The notes below the pieces were generated by a model. The model was not told where the DNA came from and did no database searches. It saw nothing but the letters and a program-made list of their open reading frames with translations. Positions 9,439 to 18,728 of a DNA stretch of 34,376 nucleotides are shown piece after piece. A program made the position numbers and the translations under genes. This stretch comes from Tepidisphaerales bacterium (GTDB lineage: Bacteria; Planctomycetota; Phycisphaerae; Tepidisphaerales; Tepidisphaeraceae): NCBI GenBank assembly GCA_038247815.1, contig JBBRUM010000001.1:1-34376 (forward strand). Reading direction: 5' to 3'. Position 1 is the stretch's first letter. Each line of letters starts with the position of its first letter.

Positions 9439-11112
9439 ATGGCCGGATACCGCTTAGATTCAATCGCTGGCCTAGCCCGCCAGATCGAGTTCGCCCCCAC
9501 CGACGTCCGCACCGCTCAGCTCACCTCAGCCGAGGACCTTCTTCACGACCTCGATTCCAACAAAGCCTACCCGCTCGACTTCGTCACCTTCCGCATCACC
9601 GGCTTCCGCTCGCGATCCACCGTCCTCGAAGAACAGTCTCTCATCCCAGGCATCGCCCTCCAACACGACCTCGGCAAACTCATCGAAGAAGTCTCCGACA
9701 CACTCAACGTCGTCGCAGCCGATGTCGGCGAACCCGTTCTCACCATCGAAGACCTCACCGAAAAATTCAACGTCACCTCCAAAACCATCCAACGCTGGCG
9801 CCGCCGGGGACTACCCGCACGCAGGTTCGTCTTCGCAGCCGGTAAACGCCGCGTCGGCTTCCTCGTCCGAAGCGTCGAACGATTCGTCCAACTCCACAGC
9901 GACGAAGTCTCCCAAGCCACCAACTTCTCCCAACTCACCACCGACGAAATCGACGCCATCATCCGCCGCGCCCGACGACTCGCCACCTCCTGCCAGTGCT
10001 GCATGCACGAAATCGCGCGCCGCATCGCCAAGAAAATGCGCCGGTCCCACCTCACCGTCCTCCACACCATCCGCCGCCACGACACAGACCACCCCGCCTT
10101 GGCCATCTTCGCCCTCGCCGCCGCGCCCGTCCCCGAAACCGACCGCGCCCGGCTCATCCGCGGATTCAAAAAAGGCACCCCCCTCACCGTCCTCGCCAAA
10201 CGCGCCTGCAGGCCCCGCAGCGTCGTCTACCGCGTCATCCTCGAAGAACGCATCGACCGCCTCACCCACCGCAAACAAAAATTCATCGACGACCCCCTTT
10301 ACCACCAAAACGACGCGCCCGAGGTCATAAGCAACCTCATCACCGCCGAAGAACTCGCCGCCCCCCGACCCCGCGACGAACGCGTCCCCAAGGACCTCCC
10401 GGCATACTTCCAGTCCCTCTACCGCACCCCCCTTCTCACGCGCGGCCGGGAACGGGCACTGTTCCTCAAGTTCAACTACCACAAGTTCCAGTTCGTCACC
10501 GCCCGACGCGAGCTCGACGCCAACTACGCACGCTCCCGCGACGTTCAAAACCTCGAACGCCACCTCAAGCTCGCCACCCACACTAAAAACGACATCGTCA
10601 CAGCCAACCTCCGCTTGGTCGTCTCCGTCGCCCGCCGCCACGTCCGCCCCGGCGTCGACCTGATGGAACTCGTTTCCGACGGCAACATCACCATCATGCG
10701 CGCCGCCGAAAGCTTCGACTTCCACAAGGGCAACAAGTTCAGCACCTACGCCACCCTCGCCCTCATGAAAGGCTTCGCCCGCGCCGTCCCCCTCATGCTC
10801 GCCGCCAAACGCAAAGCCGGCGCCGGCGAAGAAATGCTCACCTCCGTCGCAGACCGAAACGCACTCTCCTCAACCCTCGCCGCAACCCACGACGAACTCC
10901 GCGGACTCCTCTCCAAACTCGAACCCTCCGAACGCGCCGTCCTCCTCGCCAACTACGGCGTCGACCACGCCAGCTCCTCCCTCCGAGGCATCCAACCCAC
11001 CCCCGACGACCTCGATGCCACCCACGGCCTCAGCCGTCAACGCATCCGCCAAATCGAACAACGCGCCATGGAAAAACTCCGCACCCTCATCTCTGCCCGC
11101 GACGACGCCTAG
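9439..11112 (+). CDS. Sigma-70 family RNA polymerase sigma factor with an N-terminal extension of about 320 aa carrying HTH modules
   Basis: Region 1.2-like YFQSLYRTPLLTRGRE, region 2 ANLRLVVSVARRH...LVSDGNITIMRAAESFDFHKGNKFSTYA, region 4 LSRQRIRQIEQRAMEKLR. The N-terminus contains an excisionase/MerR-like HTH, LTIEDLTEKFNVTSKTIQRWRRRGL. Confidence 0.85.
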   Translation: MAGYRLDSIAGLARQIEFAPTDVRTAQLTSAEDLLHDLDSNKAYPLDFVTFRITGFRSRSTVLEEQSLIPGIALQHDLGKLIEEVSDTLNVVAADVGEPVLTIEDLTEKFNVTSKTIQRWRRRGLPARRFVFAAGKRRVGFLVRSVERFVQLHSDEVSQATNFSQLTTDEIDAIIRRARRLATSCQCCMHEIARRIAKKMRRSHLTVLHTIRRHDTDHPALAIFALAAAPVPETDRARLIRGFKKGTPLTVLAKRACRPRSVVYRVILEERIDRLTHRKQKFIDDPLYHQNDAPEVISNLITAEELAAPRPRDERVPKDLPAYFQSLYRTPLLTRGRERALFLKFNYHKFQFVTARRELDANYARSRDVQNLERHLKLATHTKNDIVTANLRLVVSVARRHVRPGVDLMELVSDGNITIMRAAESFDFHKGNKFSTYATLALMKGFARAVPLMLAAKRKAGAGEEMLTSVADRNALSSTLAATHDELRGLLSKLEPSERAVLLANYGVDHASSSLRGIQPTPDDLDATHGLSRQRIRQIEQRAMEKLRTLISARDDA

Positions 11113-11203
11113 GCAATACGTCGCCGCCACAATAGCATTTTCTTGCATTCAACACGCAACGCCTTTCGTGGTACCATTCATATATATTACCTAGGAGGAC
11201 GCT

Positions 11204-12652
11204 TTGGTATATGCTGCTGGTTCAAAACGGCTTTGGACAACTCTTGTGATGGCCTTGGCCACGGCGGGTTGCATGGAGAAAAAAGTCAATCTTCCCCCCC
11301 AAGTCGCCACGCTCTCGCCCAACCTCACTCTCGCCACCACCCGCGCCGCCGCGCCCCCCACCGCATCAGGTGCCGCCACCACTCAACCGGTTGAGGTCTC
11401 CGCCGTCTCAGGTTTCAAGGGCAAGGACGACCTACTGACTCACCGCGTCGAGTCCAACGGAGGCTTGTATCGCGCGGTCGTTACCTACCGCACGAACAAC
11501 ATCAAGGGCTACTCCTTGAAGGTCAACGGCTTGGCGTACGCCGGGTTCTTCAACCCAAGTGGCGACGCCTTTGCCGAGCACGACCACGGTCTTGTCGAGC
11601 TGTCCAAGGGCGAGAACACGATCCAGATCGGCGGCGGCTGGGGGTATTACGAAATCGCCGGGCTCGAGCTCACCCCCGCTCGGGTCCCGCCGCCACCCGT
11701 GAGGCCCAAAGCTATTCCGGTCAACCCCGCCGCCACCACCGAAACCCGGGCGCTGCTCCGCAAGCTCACTGACAGCTACGGTAAACACACCTACACCGGC
11801 GTCTATTCCGACTCGGACGCGGCGTTCGTCAAGGAAAAAACCGGCCACGCCGTCGCCTGCCTCGGTGGCGACCTCATGGACTACTCCCCCTCCCGCGTCG
11901 AACGCGGAAGTGACGCCAAGGGCGAATCGGAAAAGCTCATCGCAGCCGCCAAGACCGGCAAGATGATCACCGTCAGTTGGCACTGGAACGCGCCCAAAGA
12001 CCTCCTCGACCGCGTCGATCTCGACGCCAACGGCCAGGAAATCAACAAACGCTGGTACAAGGGGTTCAACACCACCGCCACCACCTTCGACCTCGCCCAA
12101 GCCATGGCCGACGAAAACTCCGAGGATTATAAACTCCTCGTCCGAGACATCGACGTCATCGCCGTACAACTCAAAAAGTTCCAAAACGCCAAAGTCCCCG
12201 TCCTCTGGCGACCCCTCCACGAAGCCGAGGGCACGTGGTTCTGGTGGGGCGCAAAAGGCCCCCAAGCCTACGTCAAACTCTGGCGACTCCTCTACGACCG
12301 CCTCACCCACCACCACCAACTCAACAACCTCCTCTGGGTCTACACCGGCGGCCTGGACGCCAAGTGGTACCCCGGCGACGACGTCGTCGACATCGTCGGC
12401 GTCGACCTCTACCCGCCGGACTCGCGCGACCCCACCACCTCCGCGTGGGACACCGTACTGCGGCAATACGCGGGCAAAAAGATCCTCGCTCTCACCGAAG
12501 TCGGATTCGTCCCAGACATCGACCGGATGCGCCGCCACGGGGTCTACTGGGCGTACTTCAACACCTGGACCGGCGACCTCGGGCCACGCGGGCAAAAGGA
12601 TTCGGAACTCTCGGACCGACTCGGGTCTAAATGGTACCGCGGACTCAAGTAA
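11204..12652 (+). CDS. Glycoside hydrolase family 26 (beta-mannanase-like) lipoprotein with an N-terminal carbohydrate-binding-like module
   Basis: TTG start at 11204 preceded by AGGAGG (11193-11198). Lipobox LATAGC. GH26 signatures WHWNAP, WRPLHEAEGTWFWWG, LWVYT, LTEVGF. Confidence 0.85.
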   Translation: MVYAAGSKRLWTTLVMALATAGCMEKKVNLPPQVATLSPNLTLATTRAAAPPTASGAATTQPVEVSAVSGFKGKDDLLTHRVESNGGLYRAVVTYRTNNIKGYSLKVNGLAYAGFFNPSGDAFAEHDHGLVELSKGENTIQIGGGWGYYEIAGLELTPARVPPPPVRPKAIPVNPAATTETRALLRKLTDSYGKHTYTGVYSDSDAAFVKEKTGHAVACLGGDLMDYSPSRVERGSDAKGESEKLIAAAKTGKMITVSWHWNAPKDLLDRVDLDANGQEINKRWYKGFNTTATTFDLAQAMADENSEDYKLLVRDIDVIAVQLKKFQNAKVPVLWRPLHEAEGTWFWWGAKGPQAYVKLWRLLYDRLTHHHQLNNLLWVYTGGLDAKWYPGDDVVDIVGVDLYPPDSRDPTTSAWDTVLRQYAGKKILALTEVGFVPDIDRMRRHGVYWAYFNTWTGDLGPRGQKDSELSDRLGSKWYRGLK

Positions 12653-13748
12653 CCCCGACCTTCGCCCGGCGGGCACGACGCATCAGGGCAACCCCCGCAG
12701 CCAGTGGCAGCGCTAGAAACCCCGGCTCGGGGATCACCGGACGCGTCATCGCAAACGCCGGCGTGATCATTCGAAACTGTCCGTTCTCCGTTCCCGGCAC
12801 GAGCGGCGCAGCCGGGTCGCCTGAAATCGGGTCGAACGAACGAATGCCATTGGCCGTGGAGAACAGCCAGTTGCCGTTGGCCAGTTGCGCGATGCCCCGC
12901 GGGCCGAACGCGAGGTTGTAGTACAAGCGCTGGGAACCGTCGGCGTTGAACAAATAGATCCCGGCTGTGTTCAGCGTGAGCTCCAAGCTGAATGTGTTGG
13001 AAAACCCCGCCACCGCAAACCCGCCGTCTTCGATGGCGATGATCTGCTGCGCACCCGACAGCCCGAACGTGTCCTGCACCAGTGACGACGACGCCCCCGT
13101 GGCGAGATCCACCTCGAACACGTCCGGCGTGACCGGATTGCCCGCTCCTGAGTTCTGAAAGTTGCTCACCAAAAGCCGCGCCCCCTGAACGGCAATGTCC
13201 CACGGCGACGAGAACCGCGCCTCCTGGACCGTGAACCGCGCGAACACAGGCGACGTGCCTCCACCCGGAAGTGTTTCCACCCCAGCCGGCGACCCGTCAA
13301 GGTTGAACCGCTGGATGGTGTTCTGAGTCGAGAGATTGTTGGCGTTGTCACCCACCGCCACGTAGATCTGGTTTTCGTGCAGGGCGATCCCCCGTGCCTG
13401 CGTGAGATTTCCCAACACCGTCCGCAGCAGCACGCCGTCCATGCTGTACTCAAAAACCGCATTCCGTACCTGGTCGGAGAGGTAGTAGGTCCCGACGTTG
13501 CTCGGGATGATCTTGAAGGGGGTCGTGAGTGTGCCGTTGGCTGGGCCGATGAGCTGACTGTTCATCGGGCGACCATCGGTCCTGTCCAAGGCCCAAATGG
13601 TTCGCCGACCAGCGCCGGAACTGGAGATCGTCGATTGAGGCACAAGAAACGCTGCGACGCCGAGCGACGTCTGCGCTTGAACCGACTCGAAAACCGAGAA
13701 CAACCCAACCCCAGTCGCAACGAAAGCAGCATAACAACAAAAACGCAT
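12645..13748 (-). CDS. PEP-CTERM sorting-domain secreted protein
   Basis: C-terminus IPEPGFLALPLAAGVALMRRARR (PEP motif, TM helix and Arg cluster). Signal peptide MRFCCYAAFVATGVGLFSVFESVQAQ from the ATG at 13748. The ORF extension up to 13832 is discounted. Confidence 0.8.
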   Translation of the reverse strand: MRFCCYAAFVATGVGLFSVFESVQAQTSLGVAAFLVPQSTISSSGAGRRTIWALDRTDGRPMNSQLIGPANGTLTTPFKIIPSNVGTYYLSDQVRNAVFEYSMDGVLLRTVLGNLTQARGIALHENQIYVAVGDNANNLSTQNTIQRFNLDGSPAGVETLPGGGTSPVFARFTVQEARFSSPWDIAVQGARLLVSNFQNSGAGNPVTPDVFEVDLATGASSSLVQDTFGLSGAQQIIAIEDGGFAVAGFSNTFSLELTLNTAGIYLFNADGSQRLYYNLAFGPRGIAQLANGNWLFSTANGIRSFDPISGDPAAPLVPGTENGQFRMITPAFAMTRPVIPEPGFLALPLAAGVALMRRARRAKVGVT

Positions 13749-13845
13749 TGATTCGCCCTTCTCTTTCCAGACGTTATAGAACCTGCCAACTATACCCCAC
13801 GATTCGGCGGCGGAGTGTGTCAGGCCGGGCACAATCTGGTGGACA

Positions 13846-15147
13846 CTACTGCACGACGGCCGTGATCAGAGTGCGGTCGTCTTCGCCGCGGGGGGTGGTG
13901 GTAAACAAGCCCAGCTTTTCATTCACGGAGTTGATCATTTCCTGCGGATCACAGCCTCCGCTTAGCAGCGCTTCGTCAAGACGCGGGGCGTCGAACATGA
14001 CGCCGCGGGGATCGAAAGATTCGGTGATCCCGTCGGTGTACCACGCGAGGCGGTCGCCGGGGCGGAGTTGGAGCATACTCTGGGGGTAGCGCTCGTCCGG
14101 GCTGATCCCCAGGGGAAGGGCTTGAGCACCGTCAAGGGCGAGGGCGGTGGGCGAGCCGGCGCGGAAGAGGCGTGCCGCGGGGTGCCCGGCGGAGGACCAC
14201 GTGAGCGTGCGTGCGCGGTCGTCATAGATGGCGTAGACGCCGGTCACGAATGCGCCCGATGCCGAGGTCGGGGAGGCGCAGAGCTTCTGGTTGAGGTAAT
14301 GGAGGAGCAGGCCGGGAGGCTTGGGATGGCCGGGGTAGGAGTGCGCCAGAGCGTGGGTCACGGCCATGACGACGGCCGCGGGGGTGCCGTGTCCGGAGAC
14401 GTCGGCCATGAAGATTCCCCACTGGCGGCCGCCTTCATCCGAGGTTCCGAGGTCGAAAAAGTCGTAGTAGTCGCCCCCGGCGTTGCGGGAGGTTTGGTAG
14501 TGGGCGGCGAGCTTGAGGGTGGGGATGGGCGGAACCTCCTGCGGGAGCAGGGTCCGCTGGAGTTGCTCGACGACCTTAAGCTCGCGGTCGAGGGTGTTGT
14601 ACGCGTCTTGGAGGTCGCGGGAGAGGGCAAGATTGTTGACCGCCCGGCCGAAGAGGTTGGACATCCAGACGAGTTCGGGGAGGTCTTCGTCGTTGAAGGC
14701 GGTATCGGAGTGATAGAAGTGGCAGACCATGTTCAGGGAGACGCCTTGGTCGTAATGGGGGACGACGACAAGGCACTTGGCTGCGGGGTCGATGAACTCG
14801 CGGACGGGGTCGTCGGGGGCGATGACGAGTGGGCGGAGGATCTTGGGGAAGTTGCCGTAGATGAGCTCGGCCATCAGGCCGCCGCTGAGGACGGGGAGCT
14901 TGTTGCGGTCGCGCCAGGGGTCGAGGTTGGTCGGGAGTCGACTCGATCGCGTGATGCGGAACTCGGGGAAGGTGTGACCGCGGCGGGAGGCGGAAAGGAA
15001 GCCGTTGGATCGGAGGAATTCGGCCATCCGCTGGCCGTAGACCTGGGTCAGTTTCTCGGGGTCCTGCTGGACGGAGATTTCGCGCATCATTTCGACGACG
15101 CGTTCGAGGCGAACGGCGGGGTCTGGGTAGCGGTCGAGTCCGAACAT
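13846..15147 (-). CDS. SpoIIE/PP2C-family protein phosphatase with an N-terminal sensor-like region
   Basis: [37 protein letters not shown] motifs. The start is set at the ATG at 15147 (MFGLDRYPD...). The Pro-rich upstream extension overlaps the HlyD 3' end and is discounted. Confidence 0.85.
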   Translation of the reverse strand: MFGLDRYPDPAVRLERVVEMMREISVQQDPEKLTQVYGQRMAEFLRSNGFLSASRRGHTFPEFRITRSSRLPTNLDPWRDRNKLPVLSGGLMAELIYGNFPKILRPLVIAPDDPVREFIDPAAKCLVVVPHYDQGVSLNMVCHFYHSDTAFNDEDLPELVWMSNLFGRAVNNLALSRDLQDAYNTLDRELKVVEQLQRTLLPQEVPPIPTLKLAAHYQTSRNAGGDYYDFFDLGTSDEGGRQWGIFMADVSGHGTPAAVVMAVTHALAHSYPGHPKPPGLLLHYLNQKLCASPTSASGAFVTGVYAIYDDRARTLTWSSAGHPAARLFRAGSPTALALDGAQALPLGISPDERYPQSMLQLRPGDRLAWYTDGITESFDPRGVMFDAPRLDEALLSGGCDPQEMINSVNEKLGLFTTTPRGEDDRTLITAVVQ

Positions 15148-15193
15148 GCTGGGGGATGGTACCCGAGAGGTAAGTATTGCGCGCTGAGAGGGG

Positions 15194-16948
15194 TTATTTG
15201 GCGGGTAGCTTGGGGAAGGGTGCGGTCGAGGGGGACTGGGCGTCGGGGACGCGGATGTCGGGGGCAGGTGCCGCGACGTTGTCGGTGACGCTGGGCGCCG
15301 GGATGGCGGAGGAGGGCACGGGGGTGATGTTGGGTGGGCTTGCGCCACTCGGGCGACCGCCGGGGGCGTTGGGATTGCCCGGGCCACCGGCGTTGTTCGG
15401 GCCGTCGCCGCCGCGGCGGGAGGGGCGGGTTGTGACTTCTTCCACGATTCCGGATTTGGCGAGGAGTTCGCGGCCTTGGCCGGCTTGGAGGACGACGATT
15501 TGTTCTCCGGGTTCGAGACCTTCGCGGACTTCCACGTGTGTATCGCTGGCGAGTCCGAGTTTGATTTCCCGGGGTTTGGGTTGTTGGTCGGCGACGGGTT
15601 TGATGAAGACGTAGGACTTTTGTCCAGCGGAGTAGATGGTGCTGACGGGGATCGCGACGACGTCTTCGAGGCGTGCGATGAAGATTTCGGCTGCGGCGCC
15701 GACTCCGGGTTTGAGACTGGGGGGAGTTTCGTCGAGGTCGATTTCGACGGGATATTCCTTGAGGTCTGGGTTCCACCAGCGCTGTGAATTGTCGGCGAGG
15801 ACGGAGATTTTGGAGAGCACGCCGGTCACGGGTTTTCCGACTCCGGGGATGATGACGATGGCTTTCTGGCCTTCGCGCAAGCGGGCGACCTGTGCTTCCT
15901 GGATGCGGACGACGGCGCGCATTTTGGAGGTGTCTGGCAGGCGGAGGATCATCTGCCGTTCGCGGACCTGTGCGCCTTCTTGGATGGGTTGTTGTGCGTT
16001 GCGGTCGCCGGAGGTTGCGTAGACGACGAGGCCGTCTTCGGGGGCGATGATGGTGCTGGCTGCGAGTTGTTTTTGAAGGCGCTCGAGTTGGCGCTTTTTC
16101 ATTTCGAGTGTTTGCTCGCGGGAGGAAAGGTCTGTTTGGCGTTGGGTGAGGTTGGCCGTGTTTTCGCGTTGGACGCGGACAAGGCGGGCGTCGGCCTGGG
16201 CGAGGTTGCTGCGGAGGGAGGTGACGGCTTTTTTCTGGTCGAAGGTGGTGAGGTTTTTGAGGGCGGAGGAGGCGTCGTTGAGATCGTTGCGGGCTCGGAT
16301 GAGGTCGACTTCGCGGGCCTTGACGTCGGTGGGTGTGAGGAATCCGCGTGCGGCGAGTTCTTGGACTTGTCGGAAATCCTGCTCGCGGTTTTTGAGGTTG
16401 ATCTCGGCCATTTGGAGGGTGGCCTGGGAGGAGGTGAGCTGTTTGGGGAAGTCGCCTTCGGTGTATTTTTGGACGTCGATTTTGGAGTTTTCGAGGTTCA
16501 CCTCGGCGGCTTCGAGGTTGGTGGCGTTTTGTGATTTTTGGATTTCGAGCATTTCGCCGGCGTTGATGACGTCGGCTTCGGCGCGTTGGACTTCGAGGGA
16601 GGTGTCGTCAATTTTCAGGCGTGTTTGCGCGGAGTCGAGTACGACGAGTGTGTCGCCCTTTTTGACGCTCGAGCCTTCGCGGACGAGGGTTTGAATCGTG
16701 ACGGAGTTCTCGACTTCGGAGATGATGTCGATGTTGTTGACCGCTTGGAGCTCGCCGTCTTTCCGCACGGTGACATCGAGGTTTCGGGTGGTGACGGTGT
16801 GGAGAAACGTTGCAGCCGGGGATGCGGCGTTGTTTGAACGGAGGACCACCACGGCGACAACACCGGCGACGACCACGCCGACCGGGAGCACCCAGACGGC
16901 CTTGGAAAGGAGGGAGGCGGAGGACTTGGACTTGACGACTTGGTTCAT
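15194..16948 (-). CDS. HlyD-family efflux adaptor (membrane fusion protein) with a Pro/Gly/Ala-rich C-terminal tail
   Basis: N-terminal TM helix (AVWVLPVGVVVAGVVAVVVL), lipoyl-like VKKGDTLVVLD, a long coiled coil and beta-barrel domains. The last ~90 aa are low complexity. Start at the ATG at 16948. Confidence 0.85.
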   Translation of the reverse strand: MNQVVKSKSSASLLSKAVWVLPVGVVVAGVVAVVVLRSNNAASPAATFLHTVTTRNLDVTVRKDGELQAVNNIDIISEVENSVTIQTLVREGSSVKKGDTLVVLDSAQTRLKIDDTSLEVQRAEADVINAGEMLEIQKSQNATNLEAAEVNLENSKIDVQKYTEGDFPKQLTSSQATLQMAEINLKNREQDFRQVQELAARGFLTPTDVKAREVDLIRARNDLNDASSALKNLTTFDQKKAVTSLRSNLAQADARLVRVQRENTANLTQRQTDLSSREQTLEMKKRQLERLQKQLAASTIIAPEDGLVVYATSGDRNAQQPIQEGAQVRERQMILRLPDTSKMRAVVRIQEAQVARLREGQKAIVIIPGVGKPVTGVLSKISVLADNSQRWWNPDLKEYPVEIDLDETPPSLKPGVGAAAEIFIARLEDVVAIPVSTIYSAGQKSYVFIKPVADQQPKPREIKLGLASDTHVEVREGLEPGEQIVVLQAGQGRELLAKSGIVEEVTTRPSRRGGDGPNNAGGPGNPNAPGGRPSGASPPNITPVPSSAIPAPSVTDNVAAPAPDIRVPDAQSPSTAPFPKLPAK

Positions 16949-17183
16949 GGTGACTTTCGAGGGCGGGGAGCAAGCGTGCGAGGCGTTTGATAGTAGTGGT
17001 GCGGGGGTGATGTCGTTGAAGGATTGAGGGGGATTGGGGCGGGGGAACGTTTTAAGATGTGGGACATTCCGTCCCATTGCGGGACATTTGTAGGAATGTT
17101 GCGGGTTGGCTTGGGAGGTCGGGTCACCCCGCGCCGGGATGCAGGCGGAGGCACGGAGGGGGTCGGGCAGCGGAAGCGATGGA

Positions 17184-17212
17184 ATTGTACTGTATTTGTT
17201 AGGTCATGTCAA
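17184..17212 (-). promoter_or_regulatory. Near-consensus sigma-70 promoter TTGACA-17 nt-TACAAT pointing toward the HlyD/PP2C genes
   Basis: On the minus strand, TTGACA is at 17212-17207, the spacer is exactly 17 nt, and TACAAT is at 17189-17184. The predicted TSS is about 17177, roughly 230 nt upstream of the HlyD ATG. Confidence 0.55.
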
Positions 17213-17634
17213 GCTTGATTTTGCCCTTTCAAATACCTAACATACCTCCTCCTGATACTCGAGGATTCGTCTCCCCTCCGTCCACACTTTTCCCTCCGTT
17301 ATCTTGAAACTGCAAACGTGCATGCCCACCATCTCCCCCGAACCGCCCCCCCGGGAAAAATCTGCCCGACCCCGATATCTTAACCCCATCTTAGGCAACC
17401 ACTTATACCCTCCGACGTCCACCCAATTGCATTCAACTCAATCCATCAAAATGTAACAAAAAGTACCGCATTTCATTTTCAATTTCCCCCGCTAACTTGC
17501 GCGACCGTCCTCCGCTACTCCTCTTCACTGTGGAATTTCTCCGCGTCGTCATCCATGCTTGTCTCGACTTTCGACCTCCGGATTTGCTCCCCTCCCCTCT
17601 CGGCACGTCCCTCTGATCCTAAACTCACTCCCTC

Positions 17635-18696
17635 ATGAAACTAGCCATCATCCCCGGCGACGGTATCGGCAAAGAAGTCATCCCCCAGGGCTTACGGGTC
17701 TTGGCGCACCTCGGCAGAAAATACAACTTCTCGTACACGACCACCGATTACCCCTTCGGTGCCGAGCACTATCTTGAAACCGGAATCACCCTCCCAGACT
17801 CTGCGCTGAAAGAGATCGCGGCCCACGACGCCATCCTCTTCGGAGCCGTCGGCGCCGACCCCCGCGGCAGCGCCAAGATCCCCCAGGGCCTCATCGAGCA
17901 GGACATCCTCCTGCGCATGCGCTTCGAGCTGGATCAGTACATCAACCTCCGCCCCACCCGGCTCCTCCCCGGCGTGCCCACGCCGCTCGCCAACCAAGGA
18001 GCCGGCTTCGACTTCACCATCGTCCGTGAGAACACCGAGGGGCTTTACTGTGGTCAGGGCGGCTTTCTCTACAAAGACACCCCCCACGAGGTCGCCAACC
18101 AGATCGAGGTCACCACCCGCCGCGGCGTCGAGCGCGTCATCCGCTACGCCTTCGATTACGCCATCCAGTTCAACCGCAAAAAGGTGACGCTGGTTGCCAA
18201 GACAAACGTCCTCCGCTTCGCGCACAACCTCTGGATGCGCGCCTTCGAGGAGATCAAAAAGGATTACCCCGCGATTGCAACCGACTACCACCACGTTGAC
18301 GCCTGCACCATGTACATGGTCACCCGCCCAGCCGCCTACGACGTGATCGTCACCACCAACATGTTCGGCGACATCATCACCGACCTCGGCGCCGCCATCC
18401 AAGGCGGAATGGGCATGGCCGCCAGCGGCAACATCAACCCCACCCGCCAAACCGCCTCCATGTTCGAACCCGTCCACGGCAGCGCCCCCGACATCGCCGG
18501 AAAAGGCTTCGCCAACCCCATCGCCACCTTCCTCTCCGTCGCCATGATGCTCGAGTTCCTGAACCAAAAGCCCGCCGCCGCCTCCCTGAACTCCGCCATC
18601 GCCAAGCTCGTCGTCGACAAATCAAACCACCCCCGCGACCTCGGCGGCACCGCCACCACCGCCCAAGTCACCGACGCCACGCTCAACTTACTCTGA
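17635..18696 (+). CDS. leuB: 3-isopropylmalate dehydrogenase / tartrate dehydrogenase-family beta-decarboxylating dehydrogenase
   Basis: 353 aa. IIPGDGIGKEV, NLRP, RENTEGLY, NMFGDIITDL, HGSAPDIAGKGFANPIA. LeuB, TtuC and homoisocitrate dehydrogenase cannot be separated by eye, so the symbol is tentative. Confidence 0.8.
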   Translation: MKLAIIPGDGIGKEVIPQGLRVLAHLGRKYNFSYTTTDYPFGAEHYLETGITLPDSALKEIAAHDAILFGAVGADPRGSAKIPQGLIEQDILLRMRFELDQYINLRPTRLLPGVPTPLANQGAGFDFTIVRENTEGLYCGQGGFLYKDTPHEVANQIEVTTRRGVERVIRYAFDYAIQFNRKKVTLVAKTNVLRFAHNLWMRAFEEIKKDYPAIATDYHHVDACTMYMVTRPAAYDVIVTTNMFGDIITDLGAAIQGGMGMAASGNINPTRQTASMFEPVHGSAPDIAGKGFANPIATFLSVAMMLEFLNQKPAAASLNSAIAKLVVDKSNHPRDLGGTATTAQVTDATLNLL

Positions 18697-18728
18697 CCTC
18701 CAACCTGCACTCTTCACTCGAGCCTCAC

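Noticed and set aside
17555-17638. The 27-codon uORF overlapping the leuB ATG as a leucine attenuator leader peptide
   Set aside because: It has only 3 Leu codons and no consecutive Leu run. There is no SD sequence and no obvious terminator/anti-terminator pair downstream. The ATGA overlap could be chance.
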